From Candidatus Krumholzibacteriia bacterium (GTDB taxonomy: Bacteria > Krumholzibacteriota > Krumholzibacteriia > JAJRXK01), in contig JBGPIA010000014.1 in assembly GCA_041484665.1 (NCBI GenBank), forward strand, positions 59,309 to 123,308: a DNA stretch of 64,000 nucleotides, written 5' to 3'. Shown here in pieces: positions 9,801 to 19,500 of this stretch. Position 1 is the stretch's first letter; each line of letters opens with the position of its first letter. The notes under the pieces were generated by a model. The model saw only the letters and a list, made by a program, of their open reading frames with translations, ran no database searches and had not been told where the DNA came from. Made by a program: the position numbers and the translations under genes.

Positions 9801-11441
9801 GATCCCTCGCAGGGACCCGTCTACGTTGGCTGGCTGGACCGGACCTTCACCCGGGGCAGCCTGGCCAGCTTCTCGTACACCGGCGCCACGGACTCCTACA
9901 CCGGTCGCGCGCGGCTCGACATGAGCATCGGATCGGCCGGGTACTATGGGCTGGTGGTGTACCGGGATCCCAAGGACGGCACCGCTCCCCTGGACGTGAC
10001 GATCGAGGAGAGCACGACGCCGCCAGACTATACGCCGTACCTGGCCGCGGGCTGGTACGCGCCGCTGGTGCCCAGACCGGCCAACGACGGCACGTACGGC
10101 TCGGTGCCGGCGCCAACGGTGCTGTGGGGCGACGTAGCGTCGACCTATTTCAATTATGGGTTCGCCAACATCAGCCCGACCGGGGACCCGTTCCTGCACA
10201 CGCTGACCTATCTCGATGGGACCGCCTACTGGTACTTCGACAGCTGGCCGTACGGTGCCTACGCAACCGCCTTGTGGAACTGGAACGCCGCCTGGTGGAT
10301 CGCTGGCGGCCGCCACACCTTGTCGGTGCGCCTGGATCCGGACAACACCGTCGAGGAGATCTACGAGAACAACAACATCAACGGCCAGCAATGGGTGTGG
10401 CAGCCCTCGGTGCTGGCGTTCGCGACGCCGGTGTCGCGCGGCGCTCCTCCCGACCCGTATGGCGGATGGACGGACGTGACCACGGGCGAGCCGTTCTACG
10501 CCAACTGTGACGGGCTGCGGACACCTTTGTTCTCGCCCGGGTCGGGCTACTGGGGCGCGGTGGCGCTGATGCCGGGCGCCAGCAGCGACGTGGACCTGCG
10601 GCTGCACGAAGTGGCCCCCGACGCCAAGACGGGCTTCGACAACGTGCTGACGTACTCCAACTGGGGAGTCGGCGAGTGCGACTACGTGGTGGTGAACTTC
10701 AACCGGACTGCGTTCCGGCGCCTCGACGCAGGAATCGTCGAGTTCGCCGGCGGCGAGGGATACTCCGCCGAGGCGGTGACCGCGCCCTATCTCGGATCGG
10801 CGCCGGTGACCACCGGGCCGGTGACCCTGGGCCCCAGCCACATCATGCAGCTGTGGGAGGTGTACCTGGGCGTCGGCACCTTCAACGTGCGCCTGGAGAA
10901 TCTCGCGGGCACGGTGGACTGGGGGCTGACGGCCCACGACCAGTCGTTGGTCTACGACAGCAAGTTCGGGTCGATCCCGGGAGGGAGCTCGTTCCTGAAC
11001 GGCCCCGGCTCCAACGAGTGGGTCACCATCAACATCACGGCCCCCGGCTTCTACGCCGTGGGCGTGTGGAAGTCGTCGGCGGCGGACCTGGCGAAATCGG
11101 GAACCTACCGGCTGAGCATCCTGCAGCCGGCCACCGACGTGGCGTCGAGTCCGAATCTGCCCAGCGTCACGGCTCTGTCGGACGTCCACCCCAACCCGTT
11201 CAACCCGCGCACGACGGTCTCGTTCGACCTCGCGCGCGAGGGGAGCGCACGGGTGGCGGTCTACGATGCGGCGGGACGTCTGGTGCGCACGCTGGTGAGC
11301 GAAACCCGCCCGGCGGGCCGCTACGAGATCACCTGGGATGGCCATGACGACGCGGGCCAGCAGGTGGCCAGCGGCGTCTACATCGTGCGTCTAGAGGCCG
11401 CCAACGCCAGCGACCAACGCAAGATCACGCTGGTGAAGTAA
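6822..11441 (+). CDS. Large secreted putative zinc metallopeptidase with duplicated CARDB-like modules and FlgD-Ig/T9SS-like C-terminal domain
   Basis: AGGAG SD; signal peptide ending AHA; HSHEFGHH (HExxH) with downstream AYSEG; twice-repeated GGRHT..E..E.NN..QWVW and NCDGLR; C-terminal PNPFNP..WDG.D..G..VASGVY..RKITLVK. Confidence 0.8.
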   Translation: MRIGNGANPWSRAVGRLLSHAPAACTLPGIARRLAPEFEPQSTFRSASPPASRIARLSLGLLAVLGASLAAAPQAHADLAPPIRVRLARPPHPAEASKAFSDTLIITSLQAGEIGNLRLESDGFKAIAFEAPIAKKLTAQSELRVPFTATVQNADQPLGVFMELDGWPFATYIDLSQHAFELSQHPLPVQKVPDSQVTPFPGVNESLTRPALPPPPPQNAPTEAQRAAQAQQKSGGNPGEAQPTHSRWVRVHGRFVYPRSDGVTIGADGCGVYVYDDDSPFGPELLASVATDAFGYYDVSFYWNPCGIFCDSEPDIYILFEATNSRVEVTNTGGSRYRWQTGTTNDYDGADIDFGWLQPGNPADFPSLHILTDLTRTWRWLQNRGYDCPQVRGVWPDGATGAYYNGDQIHVGVDRQWREDTHSHEFGHHFIGHFATQVSPDYCNGICDSPGPPVSCGHCIWCRETDHDAYSEGWPNWLADILTRSYAGQYGIASQFFRSQESLSTCSGTLDDPLRTEGFLGAVLRDIEDNTQDDHPEFAQGIDALALGEGPILTVADLDAPTTPMGFLNSFKARYPWLNEPLWQTAKNCGYEIDTANPSYATSISSSHALFSSSADPTVDFYWTRATDDCSGTAGYSIVIAGGFVFPDASAEIGNVTSYTTGILAPGTYYFNIRAVDNAGRWSGSYNAYGPFTIRPPEPANLTYYTPGGWTYPLTPRGAADAASNNVPVPATLPGNSPTTYTNLAGINNGESPASANFFGYVYVDDIFNVWVEWAPLPAGWWYYGTNLVPITVPGGRHTYGMRADASDAISETNEYDNVWAHQWVWTPLSIGSGVDVVRSAPSPRLAGAGWVVDGSPFYYNCDGLRLDSEYWWTVAYGYSQNMSEDYDLSLHSPSVGAQDGFGPNLAYSGRLAGCLDAVIANLNTTPYQQYDVGVINWNSGSSNYRVMQTRNNYIAVDDSFPVAFAQDEMLKIWECYIPPDKVGPVSVTVDLADPSQGPVYVGWLDRTFTRGSLASFSYTGATDSYTGRARLDMSIGSAGYYGLVVYRDPKDGTAPLDVTIEESTTPPDYTPYLAAGWYAPLVPRPANDGTYGSVPAPTVLWGDVASTYFNYGFANISPTGDPFLHTLTYLDGTAYWYFDSWPYGAYATALWNWNAAWWIAGGRHTLSVRLDPDNTVEEIYENNNINGQQWVWQPSVLAFATPVSRGAPPDPYGGWTDVTTGEPFYANCDGLRTPLFSPGSGYWGAVALMPGASSDVDLRLHEVAPDAKTGFDNVLTYSNWGVGECDYVVVNFNRTAFRRLDAGIVEFAGGEGYSAEAVTAPYLGSAPVTTGPVTLGPSHIMQLWEVYLGVGTFNVRLENLAGTVDWGLTAHDQSLVYDSKFGSIPGGSSFLNGPGSNEWVTINITAPGFYAVGVWKSSAADLAKSGTYRLSILQPATDVASSPNLPSVTALSDVHPNPFNPRTTVSFDLAREGSARVAVYDAAGRLVRTLVSETRPAGRYEITWDGHDDAGQQVASGVYIVRLEAANASDQRKITLVK

Positions 11442-11452
11442 ACGATCGCGCC

Positions 11453-11480
11453 GCCCGCGGGAGCGAGGGCTCCCGCGGGC
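11453..11480. terminator. GC-rich hairpin between convergent genes
   Basis: gcccgcgggagc-gagg-gctcccgcgggc, perfect 12-bp stem; no U-tract. Confidence 0.6.
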
Positions 11481-11484
11481 GCGC

Positions 11485-12369
11485 TCATGCGATTGCTGCC
11501 GGCTCGCCCGTCTCGCACGGGATGAGCCGCGGCGCCCGCCCCCGGCTCAGCACCACCATCTGGTTCGCCGGGATCTCCCGCCAGCCGCGGTCCTCGGTGA
11601 GCCGCTCCGAGCTCACCACCACCGCTTCCGGGGCCTCCTTCTCCTTGCGCGGGCGTGCCGGCACGGAGTGGCGCTCGTACAGCTGGCCCGCGAAGTAGTA
11701 GAGCGACTCGGGCGCGCCGCCAGGCTCGTTGGTGAAGCGCGACACGACGGCGCGGTGCCCGTCGGAGACGGCGACGTTCAGGTACGAGGGCTCGCCCCCA
11801 CCGTGCTCCGCCACGGTGGCCAGCACGCGCCCGATCGCCCGCTGCAGCGCCTCGGCCATCAGCATCGCCGGATCGCGGCCGCGGTCGCCGCGGCGCAGCA
11901 GCTCGTCGATGAAGACGGCGAACACGTGCTCCGAATCCGTGCTGCCGTACACGTTCCCGAAGGCCTCGTCGCAGACCGACTCCAGCAGCTTGCGGCGTAC
12001 CCGCGCGAAGTTGCCGACGTCGCCGTTGTGCATGAACAGGTAGCGGCCGAAGCGGAACGGGTGGCAGTTGGCCTCGTTCACGCCGCTGGCCTGGGTCGCC
12101 GCGCGCACGTGGGCCATGATGCAGGGGCTGGCCACCACCCGCGACAGGTTGATCAGATTGCGGTTGTTCCAGGCGGGGGTGATGGAGCGGAAGACCGCCG
12201 GCTCCTCGGACAGCTCGGGCACGTACCAGCCGATGCCGAATCCGTCGCCGTTGAGGGGCTCCTCGCGCTCGCGGCTGTGGGTGCTCTGGCGGATGAGGCT
12301 GTGGGTCGGCTCCACCAGGAGCGAGCTCAGGCGGATGGGAGGGCCCAGATAGTGCGTGAAGCGGCACAT
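11485..12369 (-). CDS. Class II glutamine amidotransferase (Ntn hydrolase, EgtC/YafJ-like)
   Basis: N-terminal MCR nucleophile Cys; NGDGFGIGWY, AHVRAAT, NCHPF, MHNG, GSTDSE motifs. Confidence 0.92.
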   Translation of the reverse strand: MCRFTHYLGPPIRLSSLLVEPTHSLIRQSTHSREREEPLNGDGFGIGWYVPELSEEPAVFRSITPAWNNRNLINLSRVVASPCIMAHVRAATQASGVNEANCHPFRFGRYLFMHNGDVGNFARVRRKLLESVCDEAFGNVYGSTDSEHVFAVFIDELLRRGDRGRDPAMLMAEALQRAIGRVLATVAEHGGGEPSYLNVAVSDGHRAVVSRFTNEPGGAPESLYYFAGQLYERHSVPARPRKEKEAPEAVVVSSERLTEDRGWREIPANQMVVLSRGRAPRLIPCETGEPAAIA

Positions 12370-12670
12370 GCTCGATCCCCCTGCGGCCGGCCGGCGATGG
12401 GGCCCGGGGCAGTCCGGGCCGAAGACGGCTGGCGCCCGGGACGGGTATCGGCAGGAAGCTGGGCGACCTTGAAATCAACCTGCTCGTCGATCGCAGAGCA
12501 TCGTGCGGTTGGTCGTGCCCAAACCGGAGGTTGGCCTGCGGCTGCGCTCCCCACTTCCCGCGGCCGGCCCCCTGCACCCTTGGCTTCGCGGTTCGCTCCC
12601 GTCGCGACCGCCCCGGTCCGGCAAGTCCGCCACCTACAAGGTCCTGCCCATGCTGGGCGCACCACATGCA

Positions 12671-12703
12671 GAAGGGCCCCACCTTCGCCCGGTGGGGCCC
12701 TTC
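12671..12703 (-). terminator. Hairpin downstream of the CBM20 gene (likely end of the alpha-glucan transcript)
   Basis: gaagggccccacc-N7-ggtggggcccttc, perfect 13-bp stem. Confidence 0.55.
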
Positions 12704-12835
12704 ACAGTCATGCTCGCCGGCCGGCGCGCGGAGCACGGCCCGCCCGCAGGGGGTGGTGCACCGGCGCACGGCCTCGAGCGGCCGCCCACCCAAAGCGGGC
12801 GGGCGGCCGGACGGGGGTCCGGACGGGCGGCCGGA

Positions 12836-13990
12836 TCAGTGGGCGCCGAAGCGGGACTTGATCGAGCCCCAGCTCTTGTCGCCGTTCGGCACAGGCGAGC
12901 ACATGGTCGTCCCGTTGTCCCACGTGCTGAGCAACGTCTGCGTGTCCGGGCTGCTGTCGTCCAGCACGACGCTTCGGTTGCCCACGCTCTCCCAGGTATT
13001 GCAGTCGTCCTTCTTGAACTTGTATTCGATGGTGGCGGGCACCGGCTGGCCGGGCAGGAAGTGCACGCATGCTTCCCACAGGTTGATCCCCACGAGCACC
13101 ATGGGAACTCCCGTGGTCCAGACCGTCAGCTCCGGTGCGGAGCCGATGACGCACACAACGCCGTTGGTCGGCACGCCTTCGAGGCAGGCCTGGAAGCAGA
13201 TGATCTTCTCCGCCTGCAGCGTCCGCCCCAGGTCGCAGCCGAGCGGCGCGTTGTTGTAGCTGTCGGGAGCCAGCGTCACGTTGATGGTGCCATCGGTGGG
13301 CAGCGTCACGAAGCGGTTGCCCACGAACTCCCAGTCGGTGCAGTCGTCCTTCTTGTACTTGTACTCGAATGCCGGGCTACTGCCGGCGGCAAACGTGACG
13401 GTGGTCATCCACAGCTCGCCGCTCACATTCGTCATCGTCACGCCGGTCCCCCAGACGCCGAGCTCCGGGGCACTGCCGATCACGCACGGCGGTGCGTTGG
13501 TCGTCGTGCCGCTCATGCAGAGGGTGAACGTGACCGCGACCGCGGCGGGGAGCACGTTGGTCACGGTGTAGCGCAGCGGGGGCGCGTGACCCTGCTGATC
13601 GCCCAGCATTTCGAACGATGTGCCGTCGGTCAGATCGTGGAACACAACCGTGACGTCGACGTAGGCGGCCCCTGCGAGCGCGGCCTGGGGGATGTCCGCC
13701 TTGTACTCGTCATTGCTACCGACGTCCACGTTGTAGGTCATCGCGAGCGTGATGGATGCCGCAATGTTCGTGGTGTAGATGAGATCGGCGGTGACCCCCG
13801 CGCCCTGGCCCGCACTGTCGGTGGTGCCCTCCTTCCAGACCTGCGCGTACACGGTCACCGGTCCGGTCGGAACGACCAGGGCACCGTTGTTGGGGTACAC
13901 GTTGCCCGCCCAGCCGATCGCGGCCCAGGCGTTCGCCGCGAAACACACGGAGACGGCGCAGGCCATCCCCATCAAGAGCAGCTTTCTCAC
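12836..13990 (-). CDS. Secreted non-catalytic starch-binding protein with two CBM20 domains and a C-terminal SWGxIK motif
   Basis: GTG start with AGGAGG SD; signal peptide; two copies of VIGSAPEL.VW...EYK(Y/F)K...WE..GNR; ends KSWGSIKSRFGAH. Confidence 0.85.
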   Translation of the reverse strand: MRKLLLMGMACAVSVCFAANAWAAIGWAGNVYPNNGALVVPTGPVTVYAQVWKEGTTDSAGQGAGVTADLIYTTNIAASITLAMTYNVDVGSNDEYKADIPQAALAGAAYVDVTVVFHDLTDGTSFEMLGDQQGHAPPLRYTVTNVLPAAVAVTFTLCMSGTTTNAPPCVIGSAPELGVWGTGVTMTNVSGELWMTTVTFAAGSSPAFEYKYKKDDCTDWEFVGNRFVTLPTDGTINVTLAPDSYNNAPLGCDLGRTLQAEKIICFQACLEGVPTNGVVCVIGSAPELTVWTTGVPMVLVGINLWEACVHFLPGQPVPATIEYKFKKDDCNTWESVGNRSVVLDDSSPDTQTLLSTWDNGTTMCSPVPNGDKSWGSIKSRFGAH

Positions 13991-14067
13991 TGAAGTCCTC
14001 CTGTTCTTGGGTTGTCCCGACTTCTCGACGAAGCCTGCGTTCCCTGCGCCTCCCGCAGGGCCAGGGG

Positions 14068-16536
14068 CTAACGCACGAGAGCCACCTTCAGCCCGTCGAC
14101 GCTCCCAGCGGCGATCAGGCGCGCGAAATAGACCCCGCTGGCCACCACGGATCCGTCCGCGGCGCGGCCGTCCCAGGTCAGCTCGTGGCGGCCGGCGGCC
14201 AGCACCCCGTCCACCAACGTGGCGAGGTAGCGCCCGCGCGCGTCGAAGAGCTCCAGGCGCGCGTGACCGGCCGCTGGCAGCTCGAACACCAGGGTCGTGC
14301 GGGGGTTGAACGGATTCGGCCGCGCCTCCACCAGGCGTGGCAGCGCCCGTGGCGCGGGCGCGTCTCCGATTCCCACGGGGACCGTCCGGTGCAGGATGTC
14401 CACGGGGAGGATCTGGGGATTGGACGCCGCGTTGAACTGGTCGTCGAGGGCAGCGAAGCGGTTCGGCAGCCCGACACCCTCGTAGGTGCTGTTGACCGCG
14501 TACTTGTACTCGAGGGCGTAGTTGCTGCTGTCGGGGAAGACCACCGAGCCCGAGTAGATCTTGTCACCCGCCGCCGCGTCCGGGGCGACCCCGTCATCGT
14601 GCATGGCCAGCCCGGTGCCGATGTCGAAGCCCAGCGGCGCCACGCTTCCCGTGAGCCGTAGGTTGAGCGGTGGCGAATAGCTCGACTGGCTGGTGTCCAC
14701 CCGGAACACCACTTTGACGCTGTGACCGATCACGAAGCAACGATCGAAGTAGGCCAGCGGCAGCACCAGCGGCCCGTGGGCCCCGCCGATGGTGTCATAG
14801 AGCTGGTCGTTGAGGAACAGGGCCCGGTTCCCCGTTTGCGCGCATTCGAAGGCCTCGTTCAGCAGGAACTTGTACTCCACGGTCTTGAGGGTTCCGGTGG
14901 GGAAGCGCGCCACGACCGTGTAGACCTTGTCCCCCGCCGTCGCATCCTGCCCCGTCCCATCGTCCACCATGGGGGTGAACGGGGCGGCGAAGGTCAGCGG
15001 CAGTTGGCTGCCGCCCAGGCCCACCTGATCGGAAACGCCGGGGTTTTGCCGGTTCATGTCCACCCGGATGACCACGTCGACGGCGTGGGTCGTGAACGCG
15101 GTGGGGTCGAGATCGTCCCAGTAGACGGAGATGGTCTGGACCGACGGGCTGGCCAATGCCAGCGTGAACGAGCGATTGCCGATCGACTCGAAGGTCGAGC
15201 AGTTGTGGGCGAATTTCCATTCCACGACCAGGCTGCCCGAGTTGTCGGCGCAGCTCACTGCGAAGGAGAACTTTGTGGTGAAGGTCCAGGTGTTGTTGAC
15301 GCCCATATCGGTCATGCTCGCGCCGTCGCAGAGCGCAAACGTCAGGGGCGCCTTGCTGCCCTCGACGGTGAAGCCATCGGGCGGTGAGCTGTGCTGGGCG
15401 AGGTACGGGCCGAACTTTCCCTCGAAGCTGATCTGCTTCACGGCGAAACAGCCGACGTTGCCCACCCCATTGGCTACGATGGTGTTGTTGTGGAGGTCCT
15501 TCACCCCGTTCACCGTCACGCGGTAGGCGTCCGCGGAGGCGACGAGGTCGCTGGAGAGGGTCAGATGGACGACGTTGGGCGCGACGCCGTCGCGCGCGGC
15601 CGCTGTCACCGTGGCGGGGGAAGTGCCGCCGCTGACACTGAAGTGGCTCGCCACGCCCGCCGTCGCTGCGTCGACCGGCTCGTTGAACGTCACGTCGATC
15701 TGGGCGGTGAGCGGATGGCTGGCGCCCGTGACCAGCGGTGGTGACGTGTCGACGGTGCTCTGCACACCGTAGGTTAGATACGAGGTCATCTGCACCGCCG
15801 TCGTGACGTCGAACGTCGTCCCGGTCGTGGTGGAGGTCTGGACGGCATCGCTGGCCACCGCGTCCAGCGGCGGCTTGCTCGTGCCATCCTGGGTCATCCA
15901 CAGCTCCAGGTAGAGGGGATTCCCCGCCGTGACGCCGAAGACGCTCAAGGGCAGGGACAGCTCCTCGAACCCGGTGTCGTTGGCCATCCCCAGACCGTTG
16001 CTGCCGCTGCCGTAGGCGGGGTTCACCGTAGCGGAGACGTTGGACCAGGCGCTGCCCGTCCACTTGTAGAGCACCTCGTAGTTGAACGCATCGAGCACCA
16101 CGTAGAAGACACTGTCCGGTTTGCGCGCGATGGTGCCCCAGGCGATCTTGCGGGAGAACGGGTCGGTGGTCCCGCCGTCTCCCTCCGCACCGTAGCTGAA
16201 CGCGATGCCCAGGTTGACCTGCGGGGACGCGAAGCAGTAGCGCCGGTACTCGAAGCCGATGTACAGGTTGTTGGCGTCGTTGGTGACGAACACCTTCTTG
16301 ATGTCCATGGGCGACTCGAGGCCGGGAGTGCCGGTGCACCAGTCCTTGGTCTCCGTGTCGCCCGTGTCGTCGGACAGCAGGTTGGCGGCATTGAAGTCGT
16401 TCACGCCGTCGACCGCGATCGTCTGCGGAACCTGGGCCAGTGCCGCCGCCGCCAGCAGGATCAACGGGGCGGCGCTCCAGACTCCCAGGAGCCGTGTCAC
16501 ACGCATGTGATGCCGTGTCGTGCGCAAGTGATGCAT
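14068..16536 (-). CDS. Secreted carbohydrate-binding protein (DOMON-like, Ig-like and CBM20-like/choice-of-anchor-X modules) with FlgD-Ig/T9SS-like CTD
   Basis: GAAGGAG SD before ATG16536; signal peptide; TNDANNLYIG; two DDG...D..AGDK(V/I)Y motifs followed by EYK(F/Y); PNPFNP..VASGVY..KVALVR. Confidence 0.8.
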   Translation of the reverse strand: MHHLRTTRHHMRVTRLLGVWSAAPLILLAAAALAQVPQTIAVDGVNDFNAANLLSDDTGDTETKDWCTGTPGLESPMDIKKVFVTNDANNLYIGFEYRRYCFASPQVNLGIAFSYGAEGDGGTTDPFSRKIAWGTIARKPDSVFYVVLDAFNYEVLYKWTGSAWSNVSATVNPAYGSGSNGLGMANDTGFEELSLPLSVFGVTAGNPLYLELWMTQDGTSKPPLDAVASDAVQTSTTTGTTFDVTTAVQMTSYLTYGVQSTVDTSPPLVTGASHPLTAQIDVTFNEPVDAATAGVASHFSVSGGTSPATVTAAARDGVAPNVVHLTLSSDLVASADAYRVTVNGVKDLHNNTIVANGVGNVGCFAVKQISFEGKFGPYLAQHSSPPDGFTVEGSKAPLTFALCDGASMTDMGVNNTWTFTTKFSFAVSCADNSGSLVVEWKFAHNCSTFESIGNRSFTLALASPSVQTISVYWDDLDPTAFTTHAVDVVIRVDMNRQNPGVSDQVGLGGSQLPLTFAAPFTPMVDDGTGQDATAGDKVYTVVARFPTGTLKTVEYKFLLNEAFECAQTGNRALFLNDQLYDTIGGAHGPLVLPLAYFDRCFVIGHSVKVVFRVDTSQSSYSPPLNLRLTGSVAPLGFDIGTGLAMHDDGVAPDAAAGDKIYSGSVVFPDSSNYALEYKYAVNSTYEGVGLPNRFAALDDQFNAASNPQILPVDILHRTVPVGIGDAPAPRALPRLVEARPNPFNPRTTLVFELPAAGHARLELFDARGRYLATLVDGVLAAGRHELTWDGRAADGSVVASGVYFARLIAAGSVDGLKVALVR

Positions 16537-16559
16537 GGCTCTCCTTCGGGTCTCTCGAC

Positions 16560-19500
16560 CTACTTGGCCAGGGTGATCTTGCGAGTGAGGATGGTCTCCC
16601 CGATCTGCAGGCGGACGACGTACTCGCCCGAGGCCACCGCCGCGCCGCTTTGATCCGTGCCCGCCCAGGTCATCCGGTGTTCGCCGATCCCTACGGGCAC
16701 TCCGTCCAGCAGGAGCGTCACCAAGCGCCCGCGCAGGTCGTGCAGGGTCAGGTGCACGCGGGCCGCGGCGTCGTGCGGCGGCACGAAGAAGCGGATCGAG
16801 GTTGCGGGGTTGAAGGGGTTGGGAACGTTGGGCAACAGGACCGCGTGCCCAGCGGCCAGCGCCGGTACCGCCGTCACCGGGTCGGCAATTGCGACCATCT
16901 GGTTGGGGGTCATGGCGTTGGCGTTGCACGAGACATCGCGCACGTTGCTCGCCAACAGGCTGTAGCGGCCCGCGGCCGGCACGGCCTGCGTCTCCAGCAG
17001 CACCAGCGCGGGCGCCGGTCCGGATTGGGCCGCCGTTACCGCGATGGTGCTGGCGGGCACCTGGGTGTCGAAGATGGTGTAGTTGGCCGGCTGGGTCGCG
17101 CTGCCGGCGTCCACCGCCTCGTTGAAGGCCAGCAGCACTCGATACGGGCTGCCACCCGTGGATTGCACGGTCGCTGACAGCAGCAGCGGGCCCGCCATGT
17201 CCTCCAGATCGGGCAGCCCATCGCCGTCGCCGTCCACCACGAAGCTGAGATGGTTGTCCACGTTGGGGAGCGTGGCTGCGATGGCATTGGGCAGGACGTC
17301 GCCGCCCAGCTGGCCATCGGGGTCGGGGTCCCAGCACAGGCTCGCCACGAACCCGATCTGCGCGCCGGGCGGCACGTGGCCCGGGCCTAGGCCGTAGAGC
17401 ACTTCCCAGGGGATGGCGATCTCGCTGCCGCCGCCACCGGCGTACACGTGCTGTGAATCGAAGGCCGACAGGATCTGCGCGCTGAGATTGACGGTCGCGC
17501 TGGCCGACACGATGCGGAAGAAGCTGTCGCTGTCGTACTGCCCCTGGTGCTGGTAGCAGCCGTACTCGAAGTCGGGCTTGAACGACGCCTGCAGGAAATG
17601 CGCCCCGCGCTCCCAGGCGTCGATTGCCGACAGGTCGCTCTGCCCGTTGGGGCCGCCGGGATCGGTGTCCAGATAGAGGATCCACGAGTTGCTCGACGCG
17701 GTCCCGTCGATGGCGAGGTACAGATACGTCGCGTCCCAGCGCGCGTACACTCCGTCGAGCTCGTTGCTGGCCGTCCAGATCGAGTCGCCCGGGGGATCGA
17801 GGAAAACCTTGTTGCAGGGGCGCTGCCATTGCGCGGCCTCGACGTGTCCGTCGATCGCGACCGCCGTCGCGGCGCCGTAGCTGAGACCGATGGTGCGCGC
17901 CGGCCCGGCCACCCCACCCGCATCCCGCACCGAGCCCGCAGACACCAGCAGGCGTAGCGCGGCGTGGTTGAGCGCCTCCAGCGCGGCCGCTTCGGCCGGT
18001 GTGAGCTGCAGGCTCAAGGTGAGCGCAGGCGTGGTCTCGACGACCGTGGTGCCGGCGCCCAGCACGACCTCGGGCACGCCGTCGCCGTTGCCGTCCACGG
18101 CGAACCCGCCGGGGACCAGGCCGCCGGGGGCCGCGCCCTGGTCGAACGTCACACGCAGGCGATCGGTGCCGGGGAGGTAGACCGCCGACTCCGGGCGCGG
18201 CCCGAGCACGTCCACGAGCGCCCCAGCCAGCGCGCGCAGCTGTGCGATCTCGCCGCCGACGGGCGCGGACGTCTGCCCTGCGTACAGGTAGAACTCGAAG
18301 GCGCCCGAGCCGACGATCTCGTCACCCTTCATGATTTGCCCCGAGAACTCGCGCTGGTGGTCGGCCCCGGCCGTTCCCAGCACGTACGCCACGGTCGCGC
18401 CGGTGTTGGGATTGCGCCGTCCCATGTACGCCCGGTCGGGGGTCCACACCCGGTCCATCTGCGCCCGCCAGATCAGGTCCAGCAGGTCGGGGCTCATGCC
18501 GGTCTGGATGTAGGTGGTCTGCGCGGCGGTCCGATAGGTTGCGCGGATGTACGGCTGCCCCGTGTCCAACGTGAAAGTCTTCTGCAGCCCGCCGGGATGG
18601 CGGAAGGTCACCGCGACCGTGGAGCCCGCTGCGGAGTCGATCGTCCACGCGTACGGATCGTGTTGGGTATTGGGCCCGACGTCGCTGAACGCGCCCACGT
18701 GGTTGCCGTCGTTGTAGTCGGCCTCGGTGCCGTACCAGTAAGCATTGTCGACGCCGACCGCGCTGAACTCGTAGCCAGTCCCCTTGGCGAAGATGTTGAC
18801 GGCCCGCCCACCGATCCCCTCGAAGCAAGCGAAGATGCGCTCGTTGTGGAGCACGACCTCGTCGTAGCCGTCCTCGTCGAGGTCTGCGACGAACGCGCCG
18901 GTGGGGTTGCCGTAGAGGCCCGCGGCCCAGCGTGCCGCCTCGGCATAGACCAGCGCGTTCTTGGTCTTGGCGCTGTAGGTGTGCTCCCACCCGCTGATGG
19001 GGCCACCGAAGCCATCGTGCCAGGCCGTCTCGTGCAGATTGGTCATCAGCACGTACCAGCCGCTTTCGCTCAAGTTGTTGCTGGGGACCGACAGCAGCTT
19101 GTTCACCGCGGCGGTCCACAGCGCGCCATAGTTGCGGCAGTTGCCGGCGGTCCCCGCGCACGCGCCAGAGCCATTGCCGCCGGTCACGTAGGGGACGAAC
19201 CCCGCCCAATGGGTGTACCACCCGTTATTGCCGCCTCCGTAGCCCGCGGTGCCGCCGATCTCCTGGTAACAGCCCAAAGTGAGCTGGGGGATCGTCGCGC
19301 CGTTGAAATCGGGATTGTCGAGCGCGTCATCGAGGCGCCAGACGTGGATCCAGGCCTCGCTGGCCACCTTGTTGATGAACCAGTCGTAGGTCTCCTTGGC
19401 CTGGGGCGTTGCGGTGGCCCACGAGCCCATCTCGGCCGCGGCCTCCCAGTCCTCCGCATAGACTGCGATGCGGTATTGCCCCACCCCACTGTTGGCCAGG

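Noticed and set aside
16537..17829. N-terminal extension of the ORF called 14068-17829
   Set aside because: Overlaps the GH57 gene in another frame; SD and signal peptide support ATG16536
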